Below, in pieces: positions 19,661 to 30,378 of a stretch of DNA of 64,000 nt; the first letter of the stretch is position 1; each line of letters opens with the position of its first letter. A program made the translations under genes and the position numbers. This stretch comes from Nitrosopumilus sp. (GTDB lineage Archaea; Thermoproteota; Nitrososphaeria; Nitrososphaerales; Nitrosopumilaceae), in the NCBI GenBank assembly GCA_965206745.1, contig OZ242220.1:1664001-1728000 (forward strand). The letters run 5' to 3'. The notes beneath the pieces were generated by a model. It was not told the origin of the DNA, did not search any database, and saw only the letters and a list, made by a program, of their open reading frames with translations.

Positions 19661-21960
19661 GGTTTTTGCATCTCATCATATATGGCATCAATTAATGTCT
19701 CTCCTCTAATAGTTAACGGAATAATTCCATTTGATTTTAAGATATTCTTTTTTTCTTCAGAGCCTGATAATATTACAGCATATGAAGAAAGTCGAACGCT
19801 TCCTTGGATTTTCTTTATAAAATTAAAAATTGTTTGAAAATCCAAATCTTCCATATCATAGCCTAAAAAGAGGAAATGCTTACGAACCATACTGTTTTTT
19901 AATGCATTCATTATTGCAGGCCTAGTCTCTTCAATTTTAAGCGAATCATCCCTAGTTATGACAAACATGTCTAGATGATCAAAATCTCCATGCAATTTGT
20001 ATATCAGCGGTTTCCCAGAGCCAGCGATTGACAAGTGTTCATCTGTAACAATTTTTTCTATATCAAGAGATGATTTTTTAAATTCTTCTTCTATAGAGAT
20101 GTCCCAATTTGTTGTAAAAATTTCATCAAAACCTAATTTTACTAATTTTGTATAAGAATTTGAGTTTTTCGTCTTTGCACTCATTAATTCGCTTTTAATA
20201 AATTTGATTAGATCTCCTCGTTCTCTTTCTTCTAAAACTCTTTCAGCAATTGTGGGTAAATCATCTCCAACAAATTCTATTCCAAAATGATTGGCAATTT
20301 TTTCAGCCAATTTATGTCCTGATGGATAACCTAATTCGGTTGAAAGTCCCGAACCAACAAAAATTCCCAATTGATTATTTTTTGCATGTACTACTAATTC
20401 ACGTATAGCAGTTAAATGAGGATCAAGTGTTCCAGTTAATTTGATTGGTTTTGGTCTACTTTTCAAGACAACAGATATTCCTTTAATAGTACTAGATTTA
20501 TCTACTAAATTTTCTAGATCTTGAGATGACATTTCACATACTTGATGTGTTTTGATTGGAAGATCAAAGTAAGGTAATAATGCATTTAGCAATGTCAGAG
20601 ATTCTAATTTAAATCCTTCACGGGATTCTCGCTCCTTAGAAGGTATCATCAAATAATTTCTTTCAATAGCTAATGAAAGCAAGTCATATGTTTCATCAGA
20701 AAGATTCTGAGGATCTTTTATTCCTATTTGGAGATAATGTCTTTTAGTTTTAATAAAATAATTACTAAACAATCGACCAATTTTTAAGATCACAGAACGA
20801 AATAAAGGAGGAGATATTTTTGGAATGTAATCAATACTGGCCATTAATTCCTGCGAAAATTTTTTTACTGCATTTTGTTGAGTTGCATATGGAATATTTT
20901 TTTCGGTATCAGACCACAAAGAAATTGTTTTATTTAATAATTTTAAAAAGGTTCTAGGATTACCAGAAGAAAGTAAAACAAAATTTTCAAAACCAGAATA
21001 GTTTGGAGTCTTAGTATGTTGAGGGATTTCTGTTTCTAACAAAGATTCTATATCAAGGTTAAATGGTTTTAATCTTTTATTGGCAATATCTTTAAGGAAA
21101 TTTTTCATTGAATCAAACTCAGGAGATTTTCCACTGATATTTTTGGTTCCAATTTCAACCACTTCAAAATCAGAATGAAGTTCAATGGACCTATCATCTT
21201 GCCCTCTATCAATAGAGAATTTTGGAGGAAGTGTAGCTATTTTAAAAACAGGAGTTCTGAGTGAAACGATTTCATTAATAGTTTGTTGTTGAAAATTAGT
21301 TAACTCATGATATTCATCCAATAAGATTGAAAGTGATCTTTCGTTGAATTGTAAAATATTTTCTACAAAGACTTCCTGTAATTTTGAAATAAATGAAGTA
21401 ACAGTCAAGGTAGCAGAAATTTTGTGACTCATATTTTTATAAGTAGAATTTATGGATTTTTGTACCTCACCTCTAAGAAGTTCAAATGAAATTTTCTTAT
21501 CATATCCTAAAATTTGGCTAATTTTTTTACATACGTTGACTTCTTCTGCATCACTAATTTTAATTAATGATATTCGTTTAAGTTTAGAAAAATCCTTAAA
21601 CAATACATCACAAACAGTGAGATTAAAAATATGTGTAAAATTTTCTTTCCAAATTTCAGTGGGATTACCATTTTCATCCAACTTTTCTTTTGTTCCGTCA
21701 AAATAGTGTTTGTGACAGTTTACATAAATGCCATTAAATTTTTGGTCATACGGATCTTGCGTTTTAGATTTATATCGTTCAAATTGTACTGGCATTGATA
21801 GATAATGGAGAATCATGGATTTTCCTGAGCCTCTTGGACCAAGCAGAAAAATATTTTCATGTTCAGTGATTTTTTTGTAAGCTATAAGAGGTACAAATAA
21901 TGTTTTTATTTCCTTACTTTGTAAGCGATCAGAAGGAATTGATTTGATATCTATGCCCAT
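19657..21960 (-). CDS. P-loop (ORC/CDC6- or STAND-like) ATPase with C-terminal SIR2-like NADase domain
   Basis: Walker A GPRGSGKS, Walker B ILLDE, SGNPR; SIR2 motifs FVGSGLS, TTNWD, KLHGD, FLGY. Confidence 0.85.
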   Translation of the reverse strand: MGIDIKSIPSDRLQSKEIKTLFVPLIAYKKITEHENIFLLGPRGSGKSMILHYLSMPVQFERYKSKTQDPYDQKFNGIYVNCHKHYFDGTKEKLDENGNPTEIWKENFTHIFNLTVCDVLFKDFSKLKRISLIKISDAEEVNVCKKISQILGYDKKISFELLRGEVQKSINSTYKNMSHKISATLTVTSFISKLQEVFVENILQFNERSLSILLDEYHELTNFQQQTINEIVSLRTPVFKIATLPPKFSIDRGQDDRSIELHSDFEVVEIGTKNISGKSPEFDSMKNFLKDIANKRLKPFNLDIESLLETEIPQHTKTPNYSGFENFVLLSSGNPRTFLKLLNKTISLWSDTEKNIPYATQQNAVKKFSQELMASIDYIPKISPPLFRSVILKIGRLFSNYFIKTKRHYLQIGIKDPQNLSDETYDLLSLAIERNYLMIPSKERESREGFKLESLTLLNALLPYFDLPIKTHQVCEMSSQDLENLVDKSSTIKGISVVLKSRPKPIKLTGTLDPHLTAIRELVVHAKNNQLGIFVGSGLSTELGYPSGHKLAEKIANHFGIEFVGDDLPTIAERVLEERERGDLIKFIKSELMSAKTKNSNSYTKLVKLGFDEIFTTNWDISIEEEFKKSSLDIEKIVTDEHLSIAGSGKPLIYKLHGDFDHLDMFVITRDDSLKIEETRPAIMNALKNSMVRKHFLFLGYDMEDLDFQTIFNFIKKIQGSVRLSSYAVILSGSEEKKNILKSNGIIPLTIRGETLIDAIYDEMQKP

Positions 21961-22093
21961 ATCGTTATTAATTTATACAAAGATAATAATCATTTGTACT
22001 TACATTCATTTTCAAGATTCTATGTAATCTTGAGGATGTAGACGTGTAGTTTGGTACATGACATACCTAAATCACAAAGAAACCAATGAATTA

Positions 22094-22357
22094 TCATACT
22101 GCTTTTGCCATTTTATAATTTTCTTTGATGTAAGAGTTGTAGTTCTGAACTGCAAAGTTGTTTTCTCTGTACTGTTTGCAGATATCATCTGATGAAAAGT
22201 CCACCTCACCGCCCGGATTTAATGACAAAATCATGATTGGCGGATTTTTGCGTATTGCAGAATAGAAAACCTGGAATCCGGATCTCCATTTGGGAAATTC
22301 ACACCATTTATCATACGTGTCCGAGTTTAGCTTTTCTGCCCACTTTTGGATATCCAT
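22094..22357 (-). pseudogene. Truncated protein, possibly a uracil-DNA glycosylase-like fragment
   Basis: IMILSLNPGG motif; the ORF stops exactly at a family-M repeat junction. Confidence 0.35.
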
Positions 22358-22533
22358 TGAAAATTAAGGTACAAATCTGTCTTAAGTGTTGAACAGTAGG
22401 GCATCCAACGGGATGGAAAGGTTCTGATAAGATACGGTGATCAGACTATTATTTGTGAGCAGAGCAGGCATTATTCAATATACTATTACCACAGTGTAAA
22501 GTATGGAGGAATGGTGTTAAAATGAGAACGATG

Positions 22534-22577
22534 GCTCTGGCCACAAATGATGAACAGAACGCCATGTTTGATGAGTC
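22534..22577. repeat. ~45-bp imperfect palindrome (P site). Copies at 22421..22465, 22534..22577, 23339..23383, 23867..23911, 24430..24474, 43717..43761, 44248..44291 and 47938..47979; half copies at 41891..41916 and 45754..45779; degenerate copy at 1392..1434
   Basis: Consensus gctctgg.cacaaatgRtgaWcWgaWcRcyRt.tttgacYagagc, always intergenic at gene-cassette borders. Confidence 0.75.
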
Positions 22578-22681
22578 CCAGTTATCTTTAGGCATATAAC
22601 CGACTAATTTTGCAATAAAATTATTCATATGATTTGCAGATCCATTTCTGTATGACCAACCAACTAAAACTGGAAAGAATC

Positions 22682-23260
22682 TCAAACTCTAACTCTACGG
22701 TTTTTCACATAATGGATTAGGAAAACTGCCAACATTACAGGCAGTGTCACTATGATTACAGGTAAAAGCAAATATGATTCAGAAGGGTATATTTCCCAAT
22801 AGCATTGTAAACTGTTTTGCTGTATGTAGGACTCATCTTCCTGTAATTGATGAATGCCCCAATAACAGAAAGGAGCACCCTCTACAACCATTCCAAATAT
22901 CATGAGTATCTGGATTGGTATGGTCAAACATATGAGAATTTTGACTATCTTTTTCACATAATGGATTAGGAAAACGTTCAACACTATGGGCATTGTTATT
23001 ATGGTTACAGGTAAAATGAAAAATAATTTAAACAAAGCACCTATCTCCCAAGTACATTCAATTGTTTCAACACTATTCCGATAAAGAAGATTGGAAGAAT
23101 TCCTATCTTCTGTCATATACTGCCCTATCTCATAACAGAAAGGAGAACCAGTAGCCGCCAGTCCAAGCGTCGCAGTCATCTGGATTGGCAGGCTCAAACA
23201 TATGAGAATTACGACTATATTTCTCATGTTAGTCCTTAGAAGGGTTCGAAGAGAGGCCAT
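22682..23260 (-). CDS. Two-TM variable-loop membrane protein, tandem two-domain fusion
   Basis: Two copies of ILICL.(I/L)PIQ...PFCY-(variable)-C.WEI...LPV.I.T.P. Confidence 0.8.
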   Translation of the reverse strand: MASLRTLLRTNMRNIVVILICLSLPIQMTATLGLAATGSPFCYEIGQYMTEDRNSSNLLYRNSVETIECTWEIGALFKLFFILPVTIITMPIVLNVFLIHYVKKIVKILICLTIPIQILMIFGMVVEGAPFCYWGIHQLQEDESYIQQNSLQCYWEIYPSESYLLLPVIIVTLPVMLAVFLIHYVKNRRVRV

Positions 23261-23484
23261 CTATTGTTCACTGCTAGTTTGGATCATTGCTTTGATTTAA
23301 CTGATTCATGATCTTGGCCAAACATAGTGTTCCACTCGACTCTGATTACAAATGATGAACAGAACGCCATGTTTGACCAGAGCCCCAGTTTAGGCATATG
23401 ACTAACTAATTTCCCAATAAAATTATTCACGTGATTTGCAGATCCATATTGTACATGACAGATCAGCTAAAACTGGAAAGAATC

Positions 23485-23763
23485 TCAAACTCTTTTATAG
23501 TTTTTTACAAAATGGATTAGGAAAACGTTCAACACTATGGGCATTGTTATTATGGTTACAGGTAAAACATTATATGATTTAAAAAAAGCATCTATTTCCC
23601 AAGAGCATTGAAAATAGAGGGGTTGTACAGATGCCTCACCTCTTTCATTTGGAGGATCATGATAATAATAACAGAAAGGAGCAGTATGTACAGCTATTCC
23701 CATTATCATGGATATCTGGATTGGTATGGTCAAACATATGAGAATTATGACTATCTTTTTCAT
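23485..23763 (-). CDS. Two-TM variable-loop membrane protein
   Basis: Same framework; loop CYYYHDPPNERGEASVQPLYFQC. Confidence 0.8.
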   Translation of the reverse strand: MKKIVIILICLTIPIQISMIMGIAVHTAPFCYYYHDPPNERGEASVQPLYFQCSWEIDAFFKSYNVLPVTIITMPIVLNVFLIHFVKNYKRV

Positions 23764-24015
23764 GTTAGATTATAGTTGTAAAAATGATCATCTATTATTC
23801 ATTGCTAGTTTGAACCATTGCTTTGATTTAACTTATCCATGGTCTTGGTCAAACTGGTCCACCCGTGCTCTGGCCACAAATGATGAACAGACCGCCATGT
23901 TTGACCAGTCCCAGTTATCTTTAGGTATAGAACTGACTAATTTTACAATAAAATTATTCACGTGATTTGCAGATCCATATTGTACATGACAGATCATCCA
24001 AAACTGGAAAGAATC

Positions 24016-24354
24016 TCAAACTCTAATTCTTCTTCTGTTTATCGCATAATAGATTGAGAAAACTATCAACACTATGGGCAGTGTTATTATGGTTAAAGGT
24101 AAAATTAAATATAATTTAAATAAAGCACCTATTTCCCAAGTACATTTAATTTCTATGTCAGAAAAAACCGCATGATTAGGATTGTAAGAATTCCTATCCT
24201 CTTCTGACATATAATCCCCTCTCTCATAACAGAAAGGAGAACCAGTACCCACCAGTCCAAACGTCATGGCTATCTGGATTGGTATGGTCAAACATATGAT
24301 AATTATGGCTATCTTTTTCGTGTTGGTCCTTAGAAGGGTTGAAAGAGAGGCCAT
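24016..24354 (-). CDS. Two-TM variable-loop membrane protein
   Basis: Same framework; loop CYERGDYMSEEDRNSYNPNHAVFSDIEIKC. Confidence 0.8.
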   Translation of the reverse strand: MASLSTLLRTNTKKIAIIIICLTIPIQIAMTFGLVGTGSPFCYERGDYMSEEDRNSYNPNHAVFSDIEIKCTWEIGALFKLYLILPLTIITLPIVLIVFSIYYAINRRRIRV

Positions 24355-24513
24355 CTGTTATTCACTGTTAATCTAGATCATTGCTTTGATTTAACTGATC
24401 CATGATCTTGGTCAAACTGGTCCACCCGTGCCCTGGCCACAAATGATGAACAGAACACCATATTTGATCAGAGCGATATAAAATATAAAAACTAGAATAG
24501 AGAAATCAAACTG

Positions 24514-26163
24514 ATGTATCTTGCACTTTGTGTGTTGTTGGTAGTAGCATTTGTACCTGCAGTGTATGCCGAACCGTGGAGTCCCTACTCCATAGAACGG
24601 CCACGTGCTGCAGTCTTTGAGATGCCTGACAAGCTTGACGGATTTGCGACAGGACGAGGATGTGACCGCATAGTTCTTCCGGAGGCAAAGACACAAGATG
24701 TATTTGTATATGAAAAAGATGACAAACTTGTAGACCCTACTCGTGACCCTTGGGATGACAATGGCACACTCATTTATGCGTACGATAAAGCCCAACTTTT
24801 AGTCAGTCAGGGAGCAGGCGAGACACTGATAATGCACGGGGATCAGGTGCCACAGTGGACTAGCGTATGCAAGTATGCAGGAAGGAATTATGTTGTAGAT
24901 AATGCAGATTATTACATAAGGAACAGTTCGGGAACCGGACATTTTTTTGATCCATTCACGGGATTTCATCACACTGATTTTAACAGCATAACCAGCAATC
25001 CGTTCTCATCAAACCCCTTTGAGTATATGGGATACAGCTCTAGAGAGTGGCCAGGAAAACTCATAATTCTAACTGATCAGGGATATCAAATGTTTGGCAT
25101 TGCTGCCCGTGGTGCAATGTCTGTAGTGGCAGAGTATAGGCCGCTGGATTCCACGTTAAATCTCAGGGTGGAGGGCATATACAAGCCGTATGTAGGCCTG
25201 CAAATTAGTAATACGCCTGACTTTTTTGACTTTGATTCAGAAAAATACGATGGAGGCATACTAGTCAACGGCCAAGTAACTCCGATAGGACCTGCGTTCA
25301 TTCCTAAACGTGGTGATTCTTTTACAATAGATGTAAAAGATGAGGAATGGGCACGTGCATGTTGGTACTTGCCTTCCTCCACTTGCCTTTCAGTTACTGC
25401 AAACATGACAGAACAGGGATGGTCTGAGCTAAGCCGTGATGCGGTATGGAAAAAGGCATCAGAGTGGTACCATCAGATGTACGACCAGGACTATCTCAAG
25501 GAGTACGGACAGATACCAGAGCCAGACTATAGGCTTTATCTTCCGTTTTCCCTTAAGAACAGAGGGTTGGTGACATATCATGATGCAACACTTGACATAG
25601 AGATACCTCTAAAGATGAATAATAACTATACGTATACAAAAAACTATCCTGACATGGGATGGTGTCGCGCACCAATGGTTCTGGTTGCAAAGTCTTCAGA
25701 AGATCTGCTTGGTGCATGTGTGATGCCAGATACTGCACAGACACTCATTGATAGAAAATGGGCACAAAAGATGCCCGAATTATCAGAGCAAAAACACAGA
25801 GAGCTTGCCCGATTTTTGGCATACTATGGACTGCAGCATGTGCCGGGTACGGCAGACCCGCACGATGCATTCAAGGCAGCCCTTTTGGGACTGCCGCATG
25901 TCGATGACGTCCATGTTCTTGAGACGACGCCAGGATTCTCATACAGGGATAAAGATTATGCCAAACATTACGACCAGACAGAATACAAGGCAATAAAATA
26001 TCTCAAAGAGGCCAAACCGGGATTTCTTGATTCATTGCCCTATATCTGGAACTCGCCTGAGCCGATAGATGATGAAATAGTATGCATGAGAAAAACTAGC
26101 AATTACAAGTACCCTGATGAGGCATGCCCTCCATCTGTACCTGCCATGCTGGAATTACAGTGA
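24514..26163 (+). CDS. Secreted Tyr/Asp-rich protein, paralog of 35587..37269
   Basis: Signal peptide (…VPAVYA); long near-identical blocks with the paralog; C…ACV…L..RKW module. Confidence 0.85.
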   Translation: MYLALCVLLVVAFVPAVYAEPWSPYSIERPRAAVFEMPDKLDGFATGRGCDRIVLPEAKTQDVFVYEKDDKLVDPTRDPWDDNGTLIYAYDKAQLLVSQGAGETLIMHGDQVPQWTSVCKYAGRNYVVDNADYYIRNSSGTGHFFDPFTGFHHTDFNSITSNPFSSNPFEYMGYSSREWPGKLIILTDQGYQMFGIAARGAMSVVAEYRPLDSTLNLRVEGIYKPYVGLQISNTPDFFDFDSEKYDGGILVNGQVTPIGPAFIPKRGDSFTIDVKDEEWARACWYLPSSTCLSVTANMTEQGWSELSRDAVWKKASEWYHQMYDQDYLKEYGQIPEPDYRLYLPFSLKNRGLVTYHDATLDIEIPLKMNNNYTYTKNYPDMGWCRAPMVLVAKSSEDLLGACVMPDTAQTLIDRKWAQKMPELSEQKHRELARFLAYYGLQHVPGTADPHDAFKAALLGLPHVDDVHVLETTPGFSYRDKDYAKHYDQTEYKAIKYLKEAKPGFLDSLPYIWNSPEPIDDEIVCMRKTSNYKYPDEACPPSVPAMLELQ

Positions 26164-26556
26164 TTTTAAAAGATAAGATCATACATCGTCTGCTGTGAGT
26201 TCTGCTGTGCTGCATGAACTATGAGTCTTTGAGGCCATGTTTTCTGCAAGAGATGATTTGGAGAATGGCATTAAAAAAAAGAAAACATGATGAGATGAAA
26301 CCACGATTGCCCGGTATAATGGGATGAAACTAGGCATGAATCAATTTGATTTTGAGTTGGACCAGAGTGTGCTGGAAGTCAAATAATCATCTGAATGGAC
26401 TCAGCAGTAAAGCAGATATCTGCGTAATTGACAAGGTATTATTTTCAATTAATCAAGGGATTGCAAAAAGTTGGCATTTACATGATGTGTGCGTTTTTTT
26501 ACCAACAACAAAATAATTTGATTCATTGCAATTAAATGAATAACTGGAAAATAGGA

Positions 26557-27015
26557 TTAATTTCCAGCAATCCAACGTTCCGGTTCTGTAGTGTGAAGAA
26601 TATCAAATACCGTTCCATTGTAATATGTCAGCGTGCAAGGTCCAATATGAGCAACTGACATTCCCCAATGAATAGTGCCCAATGAACACTCATAGATATG
26701 TTTTTGAAGGTCATAATTTTTTGTTACGTCCCAAGTGGCAATCTCTAAACATCGTCCTATGTATCCTATCTGGATACATCTCTCAAAAATAAAATCATAG
26801 AAACCCCCCGTATATCCCCATCCTCTTTTCTCAAGAATTTCTGCTGATTCAGTCCAAACACAGTGAATTTTGTCACTGTTGAATTTTTTCATGGTGATTC
26901 TATCTCGATCACAATCATATAGACTCTGGTGGTGATCATGAGCATAAGCTGGTATGACAATCATCCCGATAACTGATACTACAAGCAATCCCAGCACAAT
27001 CATTCCAGCCATCAA
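26557..27015 (-). CDS. Secreted Cys-rich protein, tandem duplicate 1
   Basis: Signal peptide …IPAYA; C…HCV…LEKRGWG module; near-identical to 27221..27679. Confidence 0.8.
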   Translation of the reverse strand: MMAGMIVLGLLVVSVIGMIVIPAYAHDHHQSLYDCDRDRITMKKFNSDKIHCVWTESAEILEKRGWGYTGGFYDFIFERCIQIGYIGRCLEIATWDVTKNYDLQKHIYECSLGTIHWGMSVAHIGPCTLTYYNGTVFDILHTTEPERWIAGN

Positions 27016-27220
27016 AAGATTTAACGAGCAATGTTATTAAAATAATTTGTATGATGTAGTGAGAAGCAAAAGTTCATCGGGATATCTGATGTCGTCATCT
27101 AATTGATTATGACATCAAGTGTTTTCCAAACGTGTTCTTACTGATGTCCGATGTTTTTCCAATATCGAACCATAGTTTTCATGCAATGATGTAGCCATCA
27201 AATAAATAAGAAAAATCAGA

Positions 27221-27679
27221 TTAATTTCCAGCAATCCAACGTTCCGGTTCTGTAGTGTGAAGAATATCAAATACCGTTCCATTGTAATATGTCAGCGTGC
27301 AAGGTCCAATATGAGCAACTGACATTCCCCAAGGAATAGTGCCCAATGAACAATCAGAAATATTTTTTTGAAATTCATAATTTTTTGTTATGTCCCAAGT
27401 GCTACCCGATGAACATCGTCCTATGCCTCCAAAATTAATACAATGATCTAAAATAAAATCATAGAAAACCCCCGTATATCCCCAGCCTCTTTTCTCAAGA
27501 ATTGCTGCTGATTCAGTCCAAACACAGTGAATTTTGTCACTGTTGAATTTTTTCATGGTGATTCTATCTTGATCACAATCATATGGACTCTGATGGTGAT
27601 CATCAGCATAAGCTGGTATGACAATCATCCCGATAACTGACACTGCAAGCAATCCCAGTACAATGATTCCAGTCATCAA
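27221..27679 (-). CDS. Secreted Cys-rich protein, tandem duplicate 2
   Basis: 664-bp tandem duplication including the upstream region. Confidence 0.8.
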   Translation of the reverse strand: MMTGIIVLGLLAVSVIGMIVIPAYADDHHQSPYDCDQDRITMKKFNSDKIHCVWTESAAILEKRGWGYTGVFYDFILDHCINFGGIGRCSSGSTWDITKNYEFQKNISDCSLGTIPWGMSVAHIGPCTLTYYNGTVFDILHTTEPERWIAGN

Positions 27680-28066
27680 AAGGTTTAACGAGCAATGTTA
27701 TTAAAATAATTTGTACTATATGCTAACAAGCAAAAGCTCATCGGCGTATCTGACGTTATCATCTAAATTGATTATGACATCAAGTATTTTCCAAACGTGT
27801 TCTCACTGATGCCCGATGTTTTTCCAATATCGAACCATAATTTCCATACAATGATGTCGCCATCAAATAAATAAGAAAAATCAGATCTTTTACCCAGATA
27901 TGATATGGAGACATCATTAGCAAGAGCAATGAGTTAGACAAAACAACAAAAGATCCGACAGAAACTTGGATTATGGGTTATCCATGCCCCAAATTGTATG
28001 GCAGGGTCAAATGTGCCTAGCCTTCAAGTGTACGTATAACACATCATTTTTTACCAAGTCTGACAG

Positions 28067-28300
28067 TTGTATTTCATGCCAGACAGATTCGCAATCTCTC
28101 ATGATATTAAAAAAGCACATGACATTATGATTCACGACATTGATTGCAGTTTCCACACAGAAAGAGACCCTACCGCATCAACGATGGAATGGTTTACAGC
28201 GCCAGATATTCAGGCTGCTACGGAAACTGCTCAGCGTTTGGCCAGAGAACACGGTATGCAGTACAGAGAGTGTAAAAGGTGTAAACCATCTAGTACTTGA
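28067..28300 (+). CDS. Small putative metal-binding protein
   Basis: IHDIDC...ECKRCKP pattern. Confidence 0.55.
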   Translation: MYFMPDRFAISHDIKKAHDIMIHDIDCSFHTERDPTASTMEWFTAPDIQAATETAQRLAREHGMQYRECKRCKPSST

Positions 28301-28508
28301 CATCCAAACAATGCAGTTGAATAAAGTCACCAGCCAGAGCACTAATGCAAATAATCATCTGAATTTATTGAATCATGCAACAAAGCAAAATTTTACTTAG
28401 AATTTATGGGAATGAAGAAATGTTTGGAATAAAAAATATGGTTCAAAATGTAAACAGATGTAAAATATACATCAAAACATATAATCAACCATATTATTAT
28501 TCTGGTTA

Positions 28509-29249
28509 TTGAGTATTTATGATTTTATAGATTTTACGACATTGAAAAATATATTCAAAAATTTTGATATTTCAATAAACGAGAGAATAATTAAAAGTGC
28601 TAATATTGGTCAACATGTGCATATTGTTCTTCATAAAATGTATGAATACGTAGAAAAACGATATGAGTTATTAGGACAATTGGCATTTTCTGTACACCAT
28701 GTTTATGAATATAGTAAAAATGGTACAACAAAATATTCTGATTATTTTAATAAATACTACAAAGATTGGATTTGTCTAGTTCTAGAAACAGAGGGTAATA
28801 AAATTCATAGTTATACAAAAAATGATATCGTTTTGGCTTTTAGAGGCTATTATGCTCACAGTGGCTCAAAATTAAGGCCTAAACCACAATATTTGTATGA
28901 TTTTCTTCATAACACAAATAAACCAAAAATATTATTTTATGAGGTAGGTGTTCTAGCTCATTCTACTAATGAATTTGATTCAATACATTGCCTAGAACAA
29001 AAAGAATTTACTATAACTTTTTCTAAAACTTTCCATTTCGATATAAAAGAAGCAATGTTTGCAAATATCATATCTGAAATAAATACAATAGGTGTTGAAA
29101 ATAACCATATAGGACTTGAAAAATCTCTTGTAGGTGATTTTTCTTTGTTAAAAAATAAAGATCCTAAATTATGTTGTAAACTTGAAAAACAAGCACAAAC
29201 AATAAAGAAATTAAAACAAGAACAAAGTCACAAGTCTAATAAATTGTAA
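28509..29249 (+). CDS. Hypothetical protein (AT-rich)
   Basis: 246-aa ORF; FRGYYAH could be a degenerate HEPN motif. Confidence 0.55.
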   Translation: MSIYDFIDFTTLKNIFKNFDISINERIIKSANIGQHVHIVLHKMYEYVEKRYELLGQLAFSVHHVYEYSKNGTTKYSDYFNKYYKDWICLVLETEGNKIHSYTKNDIVLAFRGYYAHSGSKLRPKPQYLYDFLHNTNKPKILFYEVGVLAHSTNEFDSIHCLEQKEFTITFSKTFHFDIKEAMFANIISEINTIGVENNHIGLEKSLVGDFSLLKNKDPKLCCKLEKQAQTIKKLKQEQSHKSNKL

Positions 29250-29552
29250 AACTGAGTGCTTAACTTGCATATAAGATCACTTCCATCTTTTAGTCAAATA
29301 TGAATCCGTATTGCTGAAAATATTTTTGAGTTGATTTTTCAATATCTGGTCTCATATCTTCATCATACAAAATCTTTATTAGCGTACATGACGTAACTAT
29401 CATGCAATGGTAATTGAAGATTATGTTGAATTTGGGATACCACTAGTTGATATAGCTTTAGAATACGGAGAAAAACTGGTTACAGGTTTAATTGGAAATG
29501 AAATTGTTACATTTTTAAAAAAATAATCTAACTCGGGAGGATCATGGCTTTT

Positions 29553-29843
29553 TTAGGCGTGCTTAAAACGAGTTAAAAATTTCAATCCGGATTTAGTAAG
29601 CTGAATTTCATAAATCATCCAAACTATAGTTCCGCGGGGATACGATCTATTTTTACATTTCAATATAATCAAATTTGACTCGGAAAGAGATTTTGTAATA
29701 TCATAGAATGAACTCATAGGAATGTTTAACTTGCCTGCTATGTCTGATAGTTCATTTCCTTCTCCAATATATAACAAAAAATTATTGTTAACTAGATATT
29801 CTAAGAGATCTAATTTATAATAATGATATTTCCCTCTTCTCAA
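29553..29843 (-). CDS. Winged-helix DNA-binding protein or fragment
   Basis: LSDIAGKLNIPMSSFYDITKSL...IQLTKSGLKFL. Confidence 0.5.
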   Translation of the reverse strand: MRRGKYHYYKLDLLEYLVNNNFLLYIGEGNELSDIAGKLNIPMSSFYDITKSLSESNLIILKCKNRSYPRGTIVWMIYEIQLTKSGLKFLTRFKHA

Positions 29844-30378
29844 GTTGAATTTTATCTAAAATTTGATCATATTTAAGAGAAATTTATGGATACTGTAGGA
29901 GGTCAGCCATTCAAAAAACTAGGAACAAAAATATTTTCGACAATGTTGATTCATACTTGATTAAAGTATAGAGATAGCCTCATGGCATTACATCTCCCGG
30001 TAAAATCATCATTCATCTCACATTGACCTTGTCTAGTAGAACTTGCAGAATCAGGCAAATTATGATCTTTAAAATCTCGTAATGCAGATCCAGCCAACTG
30101 GTCATACTCTGATTTTGATCAATCCAAGATTTGGCTCATTTTCTATGTTCATAAACAGAGACACTCTTCTACCCAAAATAACAGGTATGACAGATATAAT
30201 TACCTCATCAACTACCTTTTGTTTAAGAAAGGATGAGTCATAATGACAAATCAGTCAGAACAAGATTGGAATTCAAACCTACTTTCCTTCATCTATACAT
30301 CACAATATTTTAAAAAATTATTGAAAAATTATCTGATGAACTGGTAAATGTTAATTATGCCAATGGTATTTTCAAGTC

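Noticed and set aside
22421-24474. P-site repeats as a CRISPR array
   Set aside because: Repeats are degenerate, spacing is mostly hundreds of bp with whole genes between, and no cas genes are present.
26557-27679. Diversity-generating retroelement (TR/VR pair)
   Set aside because: Differences involve all four bases rather than only adenines, both copies are full genes, and no reverse transcriptase is in the window.
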